From Nitrospirota bacterium (GTDB lineage: Bacteria; Nitrospirota; Thermodesulfovibrionia; Thermodesulfovibrionales; Dissulfurispiraceae), in the NCBI GenBank assembly GCA_040758355.1, contig JBFLWF010000004.1:32001-96000 (forward strand): a stretch of DNA of 64,000 nt. The letters run 5' to 3'. Each line of letters begins with the position of its first letter. The first letter of the stretch is position 1. The notes below the pieces were generated by a model, which was given only the letters and a program-made list of their open reading frames with translations, was not told where the DNA came from and ran no database searches. The position numbers were made by a program, and so were the translations under genes. This document shows, piece after piece, positions 17,437 through 26,964 of this stretch.

Positions 17437-17937
17437 ATGAACAGAAGAGGTATTTTTGTTTTTTTTGTTTTAGTATTTTTTTGTATCCCGGCAGTAAGTG
17501 TTTTATCTGCCGAGAAACTCGATATTGAACATCCTTTTAAGAGTCCGAAAAAATATACCGAAAAGGAGAAATGCGACAACTGCGGTATGAACTTGAATAA
17601 GTTTGCAAGGACGAGGTACGAGTTTCAGACATCGAAGGGTACATTCCATACATGCTCGATACAATGTGTTGCTGTAATGGGCATGAAGCTGAAAGAGGAA
17701 CCAAAAAATGTGAAAGCGGCTGAATATCTCCATCCGGAGCATATGCTCGATGCTGAAAAGGCATTTTTTGTCGTGGGTTCTACAGCGCCCGGGACAATGA
17801 CCACAAAGAGCAAGATAGCATTTCCATCGAAGAAAGAGGCAGAAAGGTTTGCTGCCAAATACGGCGGCACTGTGACCAATTATGAAGGCGCCCTGTCCGA
17901 GGCAAAGAAGGGTGTTTATGTCGGGCACAACCACTAA
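17437..17937 (+). CDS. nosL: Second NosL-family protein
   Basis: CDNCGM, CSIQC, DAEKAFFVVGS, GTM, AERFAAKYGG. Confidence 0.8.
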   Translation: MNRRGIFVFFVLVFFCIPAVSVLSAEKLDIEHPFKSPKKYTEKEKCDNCGMNLNKFARTRYEFQTSKGTFHTCSIQCVAVMGMKLKEEPKNVKAAEYLHPEHMLDAEKAFFVVGSTAPGTMTTKSKIAFPSKKEAERFAAKYGGTVTNYEGALSEAKKGVYVGHNH

Positions 17938-17964
17938 TCGAACAAAAGGCAATCGGTAGACTCT

Positions 17965-19131
17965 TTGAAGCACTTTAATCTTCTATATACTGCTATAGGG
18001 AATATAACAAGACACAGGCTGAGGAGTATTGTTGTGATCCTCTGCCTTGTGGCTATCCTGTTTCCGTTCATATCCGCAATTGCCATCCTGGACGGCGTTA
18101 AGTCCCAATCCCGCATTTCTGTGAATGAGGGGGCAAACATATATGTGACAATGGACATGTACGGCAGAAACGGTGTTACCCCCATCGAAATGGTCGAACC
18201 GATAAAAAAGGTAGATGGCGTCATAAAGGCAGTTCCGAGGGCCATCGGCAGGATATACATCAGCGGCAAGCTGGCAGTCCTGCTCGGAATACCAATTGAT
18301 GAATTGTCATCGGTAAGTTTTATCAGGGGAACATTGCCGAAGGCCGGTGAAATAGTCATCGGCAAAGGCATGGCAGATGCCCTCAATCTGAATATCAACG
18401 ACAGCATAACCATTGGAGTAAGGATAATGGCCATTATCGATGATACACCGTATATAATAAAAAGGCAGTATCGCATAGCAGGGATATTCGAACCACAATC
18501 AGGCATATGGGCATCCGACCTTGTTATGATGGATATCGATGATGCCAATTCGGTTTTTGAGACAGAGGGCTTTGCAACAGACATTGCTGTGTATGTAAAG
18601 CCCGGATATGAGTCGTCTGTGAGTAAAAGCATTCAGAAAATAAATCCCTTTTTCAGGATACAGACTAAAGGGCTTGTTAAGACCTATTTTGAGAGGGGAT
18701 TTAATATAAAGGGCGGCATCTTTGCCGCCCTTTACACTCTGGCCTTTGCCCTCGCTATCCCTGCAATCCTTGTCTCATCGGGCTTTGGCATGTCAGAGAG
18801 GAGGAAGGAGATAGGGATATTGAAGGCAGCCGGCTGGCAGACCCATGATGTTCTCGAGATGGTTCTTTTTGAGAATATTGTCCTTGCTATGATAAGCGCT
18901 CCGCTTTCCTTTATTATCTCATTCGTATGGGTGAGGTTATTCAACGGCTTTTTCATCGCCCAATTCTTTATTGCAGGCATAGAGAGCATCCCTTCATTCC
19001 CTGTGCCGTCTAAATTCATGCCTTTGCCGTTTTTGCTCTCCATATTCTTTTCCCTTGTCCTCACAATGGTAGGGAGCATCTATTCTGCGTGGAGGGCAGC
19101 CACTGTTCCACCTGCCGAGGCATTGAGATGA
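17965..19131 (+). CDS. FtsX/MacB-type ABC permease
   Basis: 1+3 TM with periplasmic domain; ERRKEIGILKAAGW; PPAEALR. Confidence 0.85.
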   Translation: MKHFNLLYTAIGNITRHRLRSIVVILCLVAILFPFISAIAILDGVKSQSRISVNEGANIYVTMDMYGRNGVTPIEMVEPIKKVDGVIKAVPRAIGRIYISGKLAVLLGIPIDELSSVSFIRGTLPKAGEIVIGKGMADALNLNINDSITIGVRIMAIIDDTPYIIKRQYRIAGIFEPQSGIWASDLVMMDIDDANSVFETEGFATDIAVYVKPGYESSVSKSIQKINPFFRIQTKGLVKTYFERGFNIKGGIFAALYTLAFALAIPAILVSSGFGMSERRKEIGILKAAGWQTHDVLEMVLFENIVLAMISAPLSFIISFVWVRLFNGFFIAQFFIAGIESIPSFPVPSKFMPLPFLLSIFFSLVLTMVGSIYSAWRAATVPPAEALR

Positions 19132-19799
19132 GTTTTATTCGGTGCGAAGGCGTATGGAAGATCTACAACGAGGCCAAGCCCTATGAGGTCAGGGCACTCG
19201 AGGATGCGAGTTTGGACATCGAGAAGGGTTCTTTTGCCATTTTCACAGGGCCATCAGGTTCCGGCAAGACAACCCTTATAAGCATAATAGGCTGCATTGA
19301 CAGACAGACAAGGGGAAGGGTATATATAGATGGAAAGGACCTGACCGATTTATCGGACATCGCACTTTCTTCATTAAGACGGAAAAGGATAGGTTTTGTA
19401 TTCCAGAACTTCAATCTCATACAGGGGCTTCCTGCATGGGAGAATGTATCCATGCCACTCATACCGATGGGAATGAAGGAGAATGATAGAAAACACACAG
19501 CAATTGAACTCCTGAAAAAAGTGGGATTGTCAGAGAGGTCTGAGCATTCGCCTGAAGAGATGAGCGGAGGAGAACAGCAGAGGGTTGCCATTGCAAGGGC
19601 ACTGGTCAACAATCCTGACATAATCATCCTCGATGAGCCTACATCGAATATAGATATCGATGCCGCATGTCTACTGATAGATATCCTTTCGGATTTAAAG
19701 CGGGAAGGCAAAACAATTCTCATGGCATCCCATGACGAAGGCATGCTGAAAATTGCCGATATAATCCATGAACTGAAACGCGGCCGTTTAGTAAAATGA
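19128..19799 (+). CDS. LolD/MacB-type ABC ATPase
   Basis: GPSGSGKT, MSGGEQQRV, LDEPT; ATGA overlap at 19128. Confidence 0.9.
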   Translation: MSFIRCEGVWKIYNEAKPYEVRALEDASLDIEKGSFAIFTGPSGSGKTTLISIIGCIDRQTRGRVYIDGKDLTDLSDIALSSLRRKRIGFVFQNFNLIQGLPAWENVSMPLIPMGMKENDRKHTAIELLKKVGLSERSEHSPEEMSGGEQQRVAIARALVNNPDIIILDEPTSNIDIDAACLLIDILSDLKREGKTILMASHDEGMLKIADIIHELKRGRLVK

Positions 19800-20803
19800 T
19801 ACTCAACGCTTTCACCATAATAATGCTCTTTATTGCAGTCCTCACAGGCGTCCTCGCCATCCCCCTCGGCATCCTCTCCTTTAAGGTTTATCAGAAATGG
19901 GGCAATGTCCTTTATGACGAGGAAAAGACCGCTATTATAAACAGGTCTTATCTCCTCGGTCTCATGGCCACTGTAATACTCTTTGTAAGGCTCCTTTCGT
20001 GGCCTTTGTTTTATGTGGCACTCCAGAGCTATGTTCCTGATGTCCACGGCGCAATGTGCATCTTTGGTGTTACAAGGCTCCAGCCAAATTTAACGGGGAT
20101 TGTCCAGGTATTAAAGCCCCTTGTATTTTTCTCGATTGGGGCATGGCTCCTCCTGAACCGCCTTGACAGGGCGACTGAGACCTCTCCGCTCTTCAGGAGG
20201 AAATTCCTCTTTCTTTCCATTGTGAGCGTTATGATAATCATGGACAGCACAGGAGACCTGATATACCTTACGGGATTTGATGTAAAGACATTTGTTTCTT
20301 GCTGCACTACCTACTTTGATCTGCCGGAAAGGCCTACAGCCGTGATTACAGAGTCATTATTGGGTGAAGGTTATGACCGCTATATGCTTCCCCTGTATTA
20401 TCTATCCGGCGCTTTATTCATTGCCGTGCAGTTTATCTCGTACCACCGCATGAGGAAAGGCTTTTCACATTCTATTAAGATCGGAATAATCGGCTTCGTC
20501 ATAGCTGTGATAAACGCAGTGATTACCGTTCTATCCATGTTTGAGGTTATTGCCCCTGAGATTATGAATATGCCTTTGCATCACTGCATCTATTGCATGT
20601 GGCAATATTCACCGCATTCCATTCTGATGACAACTCTATTTATTATTGGCACATTCTCGCCTGGATGGTCCCTTATCCTCAATGTAACAGGAAGGGACAA
20701 AGAGACAACGGCAGTTCTTGAAAGTTACCTTAAGAATCTCAATATACTCGGCATCGCAGGAATAGGCGCATCAGTATTAATGGCTACAGTGCATTTAGTC
20801 TGA
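19796..20803 (+). CDS. Polytopic membrane protein with Cys/His motifs
   Basis: Many TMs; HGAMC, SCCT, HHCIYC. Confidence 0.7.
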   Translation: MILNAFTIIMLFIAVLTGVLAIPLGILSFKVYQKWGNVLYDEEKTAIINRSYLLGLMATVILFVRLLSWPLFYVALQSYVPDVHGAMCIFGVTRLQPNLTGIVQVLKPLVFFSIGAWLLLNRLDRATETSPLFRRKFLFLSIVSVMIIMDSTGDLIYLTGFDVKTFVSCCTTYFDLPERPTAVITESLLGEGYDRYMLPLYYLSGALFIAVQFISYHRMRKGFSHSIKIGIIGFVIAVINAVITVLSMFEVIAPEIMNMPLHHCIYCMWQYSPHSILMTTLFIIGTFSPGWSLILNVTGRDKETTAVLESYLKNLNILGIAGIGASVLMATVHLV

Positions 20804-20906
20804 TTAAGGGACACACAATCCACATTTCGGGGCAATGATGTCCCATTTATCAGAGATGCATACCGTAATCTATAACCTATAGCCTTGTTTTTCAACGGCT
20901 TTTTTA

Positions 20907-20922
20907 TGGCATCTATTTTGCA
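20907..20922 (+). promoter_or_regulatory. Sigma54 -24/-12 promoter
   Basis: TGGCATCTATTTTGCA (GG-N10-GC). Confidence 0.6.
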
Positions 20923-20960
20923 ACGATATTGCATCGATGCCCTAAAACTGCAACTTCAAG

Positions 20961-20989
20961 TTGACATCCAACAGGGAGGTTTATAAAAT
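20961..20989 (+). promoter_or_regulatory. Sigma70 promoter, predicted start at the ATG (leaderless)
   Basis: TTGACA-17 nt-TAAAAT, ATG 7 nt downstream. Confidence 0.6.
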
Positions 20990-20995
20990 TAAATA

Positions 20996-21277
20996 ATGAG
21001 GCTGATTTCAGTAATAATTCTGATCGCCCTGAGCCTGTCGGTGATACCGCAGACGGTTGTTATACACCCATATGCCGGCACAGAGACGTCTATTTCGGTG
21101 CTTAATGTCTGCAACGGCTCCGGCACAGGCGTTCTGAGCAGCCTTGATATGCCATTTGTTAATGAATGTCCGTGCAAGCTTGTTCCATCGAGCTTTGCCG
21201 GTTTCCACGATATTCCAAATCCCATATTTAATCGATTCTTGGTAGCCTTTCAAAAAGAGCGCCCCCCTAAAGTCTAA
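20996..21277 (+). CDS. Putative metal-sensing leader/arrest peptide, copy 1
   Basis: Signal-like N-terminus, LNVCN, ECPCK, ends FQKERPPKV; paralog at 26965. Confidence 0.7.
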   Translation: MRLISVIILIALSLSVIPQTVVIHPYAGTETSISVLNVCNGSGTGVLSSLDMPFVNECPCKLVPSSFAGFHDIPNPIFNRFLVAFQKERPPKV

Positions 21278-21436
21278 TCTGTAGTTCCGAAGTTGCGAGT
21301 TGCTTTCATCTTACAGGCATTTCTGTGTCTGTATTTCGGATTGTCCATTAGGACATTCCTCCCCGTTTGACTCGGCTCCACTTCGGGAATCAACGCAAGA
21401 TCATAATCAAAAATTTCTGAAGTGGAGTCTTTTTTT
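21275..21436 (+). ncRNA. Structured cis-regulatory RNA / attenuator, copy 1
   Basis: 120-nt block nearly identical to 27250-27370; 17-bp terminator 21374-21429 plus T7; competing pairing of 21285-21301 with 21369-21388. Confidence 0.7.
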
Positions 21437-21459
21437 AAGATTTATCAGGAGGGTTTATA

Positions 21460-21642
21460 ATGGAAACAAACAATGAAGATGTAAATATGGGTTCGCTTTT
21501 AATTGAAACAGGTACAACAATTGCTTCTTTAATCCTGTTTCCGGTTCTGGCTCAGAGCTTGAAAATTCCCCCTGCACTTGTGCATGCTTTAAGAGTGATA
21601 AAAGCGAGAAGAAATGAATTAAGGGTTGAAACTACGAAATAA
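21460..21642 (+). CDS. Small hypothetical protein
   Basis: AGGAGG RBS; first ORF after the attenuator. Confidence 0.5.
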   Translation: METNNEDVNMGSLLIETGTTIASLILFPVLAQSLKIPPALVHALRVIKARRNELRVETTK

Positions 21643-21826
21643 AAATAAAGCAGATTTTAGCGGGTTGACAGAGAAGAGAAACTGTAAACTTAGATGCGAT
21701 CTCTGTCAGCTTGAGATAGAAGGGAAGCCGTTTGTTTTACATACAAAAGAAGGGGATAGATATTTCTGCTGTAAGGGCTGTATAGGAGTGTATGAAATTC
21801 TGCACTGGAATGAACTATCAAAATAA
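21626..21826 (+). CDS. Stand-alone metal-binding domain (CcoI N-terminal/TRASH-like)
   Basis: CDLC...YFCCKGC. Confidence 0.65.
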   Translation: MKLRNKNKADFSGLTEKRNCKLRCDLCQLEIEGKPFVLHTKEGDRYFCCKGCIGVYEILHWNELSK

Positions 21827-22004
21827 GGCAGACGTCAGGAGGTGATGGATATGGCTTCAAGGTTTAGATTCATAATACCGAGGGTAGCCCACTGTAGCGA
21901 GGGTTGCCATAGATAGTCCCGGGCATGACTTTAAACTGCCTGTTAGGAGCTTCTGGATAGCATGTGCCACCTGTAGCTTAAGACAGGAAGTTTTACGGGA
22001 GAAC

Positions 22005-22033
22005 TTGACGGAAGCAGGATTTCATATTACACT
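22005..22033 (+). promoter_or_regulatory. Sigma70 promoter
   Basis: TTGACG-17 nt-TACACT. Confidence 0.5.
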
Positions 22034-22068
22034 TGAGGTACGATTTGAAGAAATTCAGGGGGTGTGTT

Positions 22069-22446
22069 ATGGATCCGAAGATGATGGAAGAGTGCGCAAA
22101 GATGATGCAGGCTATGCAAGCTGGGGAAGGCAGTAAAATGGCTGCGGGTGCGACAGCAGGTGGTTATTTTCTGGGAAAGGGGATATTACGGAGACTCTTC
22201 GCAAGCCCTCTGGCAGTATTCGGCATCGGCGCTGCAGCAGGGATATTGGCTTATAAATATAGAAAAGAGATAATTAATGCCGTTGAACCTGCCAGGAAGG
22301 AAATTGTAAAGGCAGCCATGAAGGCGGCCGATGTTGGAAAGGATTTTGTCCTTGAGCAGAAAGAGAAGCTCTCCGATATAATCGCCGAAATAAAGGAGGA
22401 AGAGGAGGAAAAGGCCAAAAAACCCAAGGAAGCCCCTGAGAGATAA
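22069..22446 (+). CDS. Hypothetical membrane-associated protein of the P-type ATPase operon
   Basis: Met-rich N-terminus, Gly/Ala hydrophobic segments, charged tail. Confidence 0.65.
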   Translation: MDPKMMEECAKMMQAMQAGEGSKMAAGATAGGYFLGKGILRRLFASPLAVFGIGAAAGILAYKYRKEIINAVEPARKEIVKAAMKAADVGKDFVLEQKEKLSDIIAEIKEEEEEKAKKPKEAPER

Positions 22447-22450
22447 AGAT

Positions 22451-22996
22451 ATGAAAGGCCCGGGATCTGTTATAGATGATATCTACTTGCGTTATTCCGG
22501 AAAGGGGCATCTCAGGTTTTCCATCCCCCATGAGATATGTGGCGATGAGGCATCTGCTGTAATAGAGCAGGAGCTCATCCGGAAGGAAGGAGTTTACAGG
22601 GTCAGTGTATTTAAAAAGAGCAAGAAACTCTCGATCCGGTTTGATGAGACGGTTACGGGATTTAAAGATATATGCCTGAGCCTTAAGGAGATCGTGGAGG
22701 GGCTGCCCGAAACATCCCTGCAGAAGCCTGCCATTTCCGATCCCCCGGCCTTCTGGAGTGGACTGAAGGCAAAGATTAAGAAGGGGGAGAAGATACTTAG
22801 CGGTAAAATACCGATAACTAAAAAGGCAGAAAAAGAAGTAATAACCATCCTCAATGAAATTGCCGTATTCTACCTGATAGCACTCCACAGGGATGTTATC
22901 ACGAAAAAGCTGATCAAGAGCCCTCTTAAATATATTGGTGCATGGCTTACCCTCTTTTATCTTATTTTTCTCTATGTAAGACACAAGAAAGGCTGA
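22451..22996 (+). CDS. HMA-like domain protein
   Basis: GHLRF...EGVYRVSV...LSIRFD ferredoxin-like pattern; C-terminal TM. Confidence 0.6.
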   Translation: MKGPGSVIDDIYLRYSGKGHLRFSIPHEICGDEASAVIEQELIRKEGVYRVSVFKKSKKLSIRFDETVTGFKDICLSLKEIVEGLPETSLQKPAISDPPAFWSGLKAKIKKGEKILSGKIPITKKAEKEVITILNEIAVFYLIALHRDVITKKLIKSPLKYIGAWLTLFYLIFLYVRHKKG

Positions 22997-22997
22997 G

Positions 22998-25460
22998 ATG
23001 ACCGAAAAAACGCTCCCTTTCACCGTAGTCCACACACTTAAAAGGAGGTTGAGGGTCAAGGTCCCTGTTATAAGGAAAGACCCTCAAAAGGCATATATCC
23101 TTGAGATACTTTTGCGGAAGAGACCGGGGATAAAGGGTGTCAAATCCATTCCTCATACAGCAGGGGTTGTTATCCTTTTCGATCCATGCGAGCTTTCTCT
23201 AAATGACCTCCTCATGTTTTTAAAGGGTGTTGTCTCTGCACTCCCTGAGAAAAGGCTGTCATTCTTCAATAAGAAACATAGAAAAAAAACAACCTCATCC
23301 TTGCCATCAAGAGAGGTGAACCTTGCAATAGAAGGCATGACATGTCTGGCCTGTGCCCTCCTGATAGAGCTTGTTCTGAACAGGCATGATGATATAGAAA
23401 AGGCCTCAGTCAACTTCGCATCATCAACAGCCACGGTGCTTGGAGCGGCTTCGAGGGAGGAGATATTCGATTCCATCAAGAGGCTGGGTTATACGCCGCG
23501 GCCAATGGATACGCTCAGCCAGAGAAGGCTTCTCATGGAAAGGGAAAAGGAGCGCTTGAGAGAGGCAAAGAGGAGATTTATCTTCTCATCTCTGCTTACA
23601 CTTCCGGTTGTTGCAGCAGGCATGGCCATGCCAAGGTCGTTTGTTCCAAGATTTATCTCATTTCTGTTTGCCACGCCTGTGGTCTTCGGGGCAGGCAAAA
23701 CATTTTTTGCAAAGGCCATTAATCTGTCCAGGCAGGGAGCGACCAGCATGGATACCCTTATAGCCCTCGGCTCTGGTTCTGCATATTTCTACAGTACGGC
23801 AGCATTCCTTACAGGGAAAAGGGGTCTGTACTTTGATGCAGCGGCAGGGATAATAACGCTTATACTCTTTGGCAGATACCTCGAGGAAAAGGCAAAAGGC
23901 AAGGCAAGTGAAGCCGTAAGAAAGCTCATTGAACTCCAACCACTCACAGCCACAGTGATAAGGGACGGCGAGGAGAAAAGGATCGGGATTGATGAAGTGG
24001 TTGTTTACGATGAAATAATCGCGCGTTCCGGAGAAAGGATCCCTGTGGATGGAGAGGTTATTTTTGGAACTGCAGCAGTGGATGAATCCCTTGTTACCGG
24101 CGAGAGCATGCCGGTTGCTAAAAAACCAAAAAGCATGGTGACAGGTGGAACCATAAACATAAGCGGCACGATACGATTTAAGGCAACTGCCGTGGGAGCA
24201 GACACAATACTTTCCGGGATAATCAAAATGGTTGACCATGCACAGTCCTCAAAGGTTCCGGTCCAGCGACTGGCCGATAAGGTCTCCTCTGTCTTTATCC
24301 CTGTTGTTATGGGGATATCGGGAATGACATTTTTAGGATGGTTGCTCAGGGGCTATTCATTGTCAGCGTCCATGATGAATTCGGTCTCTGTGCTGTTAAT
24401 AGCCTGCCCGTGCTCCCTTGGCCTTGCCACACCCACGGCTATAATGGCAGGGACCGGAAGGGCGGCCAGGGAAGGGATATTTATAAGAAATGCAGAGGCT
24501 TTGGAAACTGCCTGTAAAATAGATGTCCTGATCATGGACAAGACAGGCACGATTACCGAGGGAATGCCTGCAGTGACAGACTTCCTGAACATCTCTAAGA
24601 TGAAAGATGATAAGGTGATACAATTTGCTGCCTCTGCCGAGTATTATTCAGAACACCATCTGGGCAATGCAGTCGTGGACTATGCAAGGTCAAAGGATAT
24701 AAGAATTGTTGAGGCATCTAAATTTAAATCCTTTATCGGCAAAGGGATTAAGGCGGTTGTAAATAAAAAGGAGGTAGTGGTTGGTAATGCTGTCCTGTTT
24801 AAAAACCAGAAAATACCTTTAGGAGGGTTGTTGAAAGAGGCAAGCCGATTGAGCGAACAAGGCAAGACCCCTGTTTTTATAGGAGTAGATGGTAAGGCTG
24901 TTGGTCTCCTTGCCATTTCAGACAGCCCCAGAAAGACATCCTCTGATGCAATAAAAAAACTCGGGTCAATGGGCATAGAGACCATCATGGTCACAGGCGA
25001 CAATCCGAGGACAGCCAGATATATTGCCGAAATGGTCGGAATAGAACATGTCATTGCCCACGCAGTCCCGGAGCAGAAGGTAAAGATAATAAAATCGCTG
25101 AGAGAAAAGGGGAGGGTCGTTGGGATGATAGGCGATGGCATTAATGATGCCCCAGCCCTTGCTACTGCGGATGTTGGGTTTGCCATAGGCACAGGCACAG
25201 ATATAGCGATTGAGACTGCCCAGGTTACCCTTGTGGGCGGGGATATCTCCAAGGTGCTGGATGCCATCTCTCTCAGCAGAAAAACAATGACCATTATCAA
25301 ACAGAACCTCTTCTGGGCATTTGCCTATAATACCCTCTCCATACCGCTGGCAGCCTTTGGTGCATTAAGCCCCACCATAGCTGCAGGGGCGATGGCCTTG
25401 AGTTCTGTTTCGGTTGTAACCAATTCCCTCAGATTGCAGAAATATAAGAGTGATATATAG
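22998..25460 (+). CDS. copA: Cu(I)-type heavy-metal P1B ATPase
   Basis: GMTCLAC, TGES, CPC, DKTGT, GDGINDAP, YN and MALSS. Confidence 0.9.
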   Translation: MTEKTLPFTVVHTLKRRLRVKVPVIRKDPQKAYILEILLRKRPGIKGVKSIPHTAGVVILFDPCELSLNDLLMFLKGVVSALPEKRLSFFNKKHRKKTTSSLPSREVNLAIEGMTCLACALLIELVLNRHDDIEKASVNFASSTATVLGAASREEIFDSIKRLGYTPRPMDTLSQRRLLMEREKERLREAKRRFIFSSLLTLPVVAAGMAMPRSFVPRFISFLFATPVVFGAGKTFFAKAINLSRQGATSMDTLIALGSGSAYFYSTAAFLTGKRGLYFDAAAGIITLILFGRYLEEKAKGKASEAVRKLIELQPLTATVIRDGEEKRIGIDEVVVYDEIIARSGERIPVDGEVIFGTAAVDESLVTGESMPVAKKPKSMVTGGTINISGTIRFKATAVGADTILSGIIKMVDHAQSSKVPVQRLADKVSSVFIPVVMGISGMTFLGWLLRGYSLSASMMNSVSVLLIACPCSLGLATPTAIMAGTGRAAREGIFIRNAEALETACKIDVLIMDKTGTITEGMPAVTDFLNISKMKDDKVIQFAASAEYYSEHHLGNAVVDYARSKDIRIVEASKFKSFIGKGIKAVVNKKEVVVGNAVLFKNQKIPLGGLLKEASRLSEQGKTPVFIGVDGKAVGLLAISDSPRKTSSDAIKKLGSMGIETIMVTGDNPRTARYIAEMVGIEHVIAHAVPEQKVKIIKSLREKGRVVGMIGDGINDAPALATADVGFAIGTGTDIAIETAQVTLVGGDISKVLDAISLSRKTMTIIKQNLFWAFAYNTLSIPLAAFGALSPTIAAGAMALSSVSVVTNSLRLQKYKSDI

Positions 25461-25887
25461 TATGCTGGTTTCTGTTATCAAGACAATTCTTGCAGTATTG
25501 CTGGTGTTTTATTATACTCATGCCTGCCGGCAGTATGAACCTGATTATGGACCCGACTGTGATATTGACAGGGGTCCCTGTACTAAAAGGATTGACAATA
25601 TAGAGATTGCCATTGACATAAACCCAAAGCCTGTGGAGGCAATGAAAGAACTCTCATTCACTGTTAATTTAAGAGGCAGCAGTGGCCATGAAAAATTAAT
25701 TGTCGACCTCGTTATGCCTGGCATGTATATGGGGGAAAACAGGGTTTTATTGAAAAAGTCTGCTGACGGTGAATTTACCGGCGTAGGTATAATACCGAGA
25801 TGTCCCAGCGGGAAAAGGCTGTGGCGTGCCACGATAGAAATACCCGATATAGGGAAAGTTGATTTTTTATTCAATGTTAAAAAGTGA
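25450..25887 (+). CDS. Exported YtkA/FixH-like hypothetical protein
   Basis: N-terminal hydrophobic segment; MPGMYMG, IPRCPSG. Confidence 0.6.
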   Translation: MIYSMLVSVIKTILAVLLVFYYTHACRQYEPDYGPDCDIDRGPCTKRIDNIEIAIDINPKPVEAMKELSFTVNLRGSSGHEKLIVDLVMPGMYMGENRVLLKKSADGEFTGVGIIPRCPSGKRLWRATIEIPDIGKVDFLFNVKK

Positions 25888-26563
25888 TTCCCTTTATATT
25901 TTGATGTTTACCTCAGGCCTCCTCGGCGGTTTTGGACATTGCATCGGCATGTGCGGCCCGATTGTAGCTACATATTCGCTGAATTTAAAGGGCAGGTACC
26001 TTCCCCATCTGCTCTACAATCTGGGAAGGATCACCACTTATACCATCATCGGCGGGATAATGGGATTAACAGGTTCATTTGTTGGTGTTGTTAAATTCAT
26101 AAAAGGCCTTCAGAATATAACGATGGCATTTGCCGGGATAATGATGGTCCTCATGGGGCTTGGTATTGGTGGATGGTTGCCATTTTTAAAAGGCAAAAAC
26201 ACCCCTTCTCTGATCCCTTTTATAGCCCGTGCAATGCGATCGATTTCCGAGGTGAAGACAATAAGTGCATTTTACCCAATGGGTGTTATACTCGGGTTTC
26301 TTCCCTGCGGAATCCTTTATACTGCCTTTATTGCAGCAGCGGGTGTGGGCATGGAATCCGGGAATCAAATCGAGGGATTTCTGAAAGGGATGCTCATGTT
26401 GTTTTTATTCGGGGTCGGCACATTTCCATCTCTTTTTCTCTTTGGGAAGTTTGTCTCAGTTATAGGCGAAAAGTTGAGGGGAAAGCTATATAAAGGCTCT
26501 GCAATCCTGATTATTTTGATGGGGATCATATTTGTTTACAGGTCATTAAAACTGTGGTACTAA
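25874..26563 (+). CDS. DsbD_2/UreH-like membrane protein
   Basis: GHCIGMCG, YNLGRITTY, GFLPCG, FGVGT. Confidence 0.85.
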   Translation: MLKSDSLYILMFTSGLLGGFGHCIGMCGPIVATYSLNLKGRYLPHLLYNLGRITTYTIIGGIMGLTGSFVGVVKFIKGLQNITMAFAGIMMVLMGLGIGGWLPFLKGKNTPSLIPFIARAMRSISEVKTISAFYPMGVILGFLPCGILYTAFIAAAGVGMESGNQIEGFLKGMLMLFLFGVGTFPSLFLFGKFVSVIGEKLRGKLYKGSAILIILMGIIFVYRSLKLWY

Positions 26564-26574
26564 AACTTTAATAT

Positions 26575-26702
26575 GCGGAAAACAAAGCATTTTCGCTTCA
26601 TTCTCGGCAGGCATCCAGCCTGCCTCCGAAGCAAAGACAGCCCGCTTAGGCATCCATGCCACGCTTGGGCTGTCCAAGTCGCTCCAATACTTTGTCTTCC
26701 GC
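26575..26702. repeat. Nested-palindrome dispersed repeat; partial inverted copy at 44839-44902
   Basis: Outer arms GCGGAAAACAAAG / CTTTGTCTTCCGC with inner hairpins; 55/64 identity to the second copy. Confidence 0.7.
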
Positions 26703-26827
26703 TTTGACTTGCGTAATTTATGAATTATAGGCTAAAAGAGGAGAAAATTGCGGCATAAATGTCACAGTGTGTTTGTGCAGGGGAATATGCCTTGCTGAAA
26801 ATAAAGCGTTTTTTCTCTGGTTTTAAT

Positions 26828-26843
26828 AGGCATAATATTTGCT
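26828..26843 (+). promoter_or_regulatory. Sigma54 -24/-12 promoter
   Basis: AGGCATAATATTTGCT (GG-N10-GC). Confidence 0.55.
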
Positions 26844-26964
26844 CTACACATATAATAATTTAATATTATTCTTTGGATTGAAGAAGTGCAGTTAGTTAAA
26901 TGGTAAGATTTTATAATTATAATTTGATATTGACATGGAAAGATTGCATAGTTTAAATTTCCAC

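Noticed and set aside
19181..20047. Long antisense ORFs (also 13815-14516, 17934-18632, 22274-23059, 43501-44244)
   Set aside because: They are shadows of well-supported genes on the opposite strand and show no recognisable motifs.
21275..21436. Known riboswitch (cobalamin, NiCo, Moco) or tRNA
   Set aside because: I could not find their conserved cores or a cloverleaf with a T-loop by eye; an Rfam search is still needed.
26850..26930. Fur-box-like AT-rich dyads before leader 2
   Set aside because: The region is extremely AT-rich and the match to GATAATGATAATCATTATC is too weak to call.
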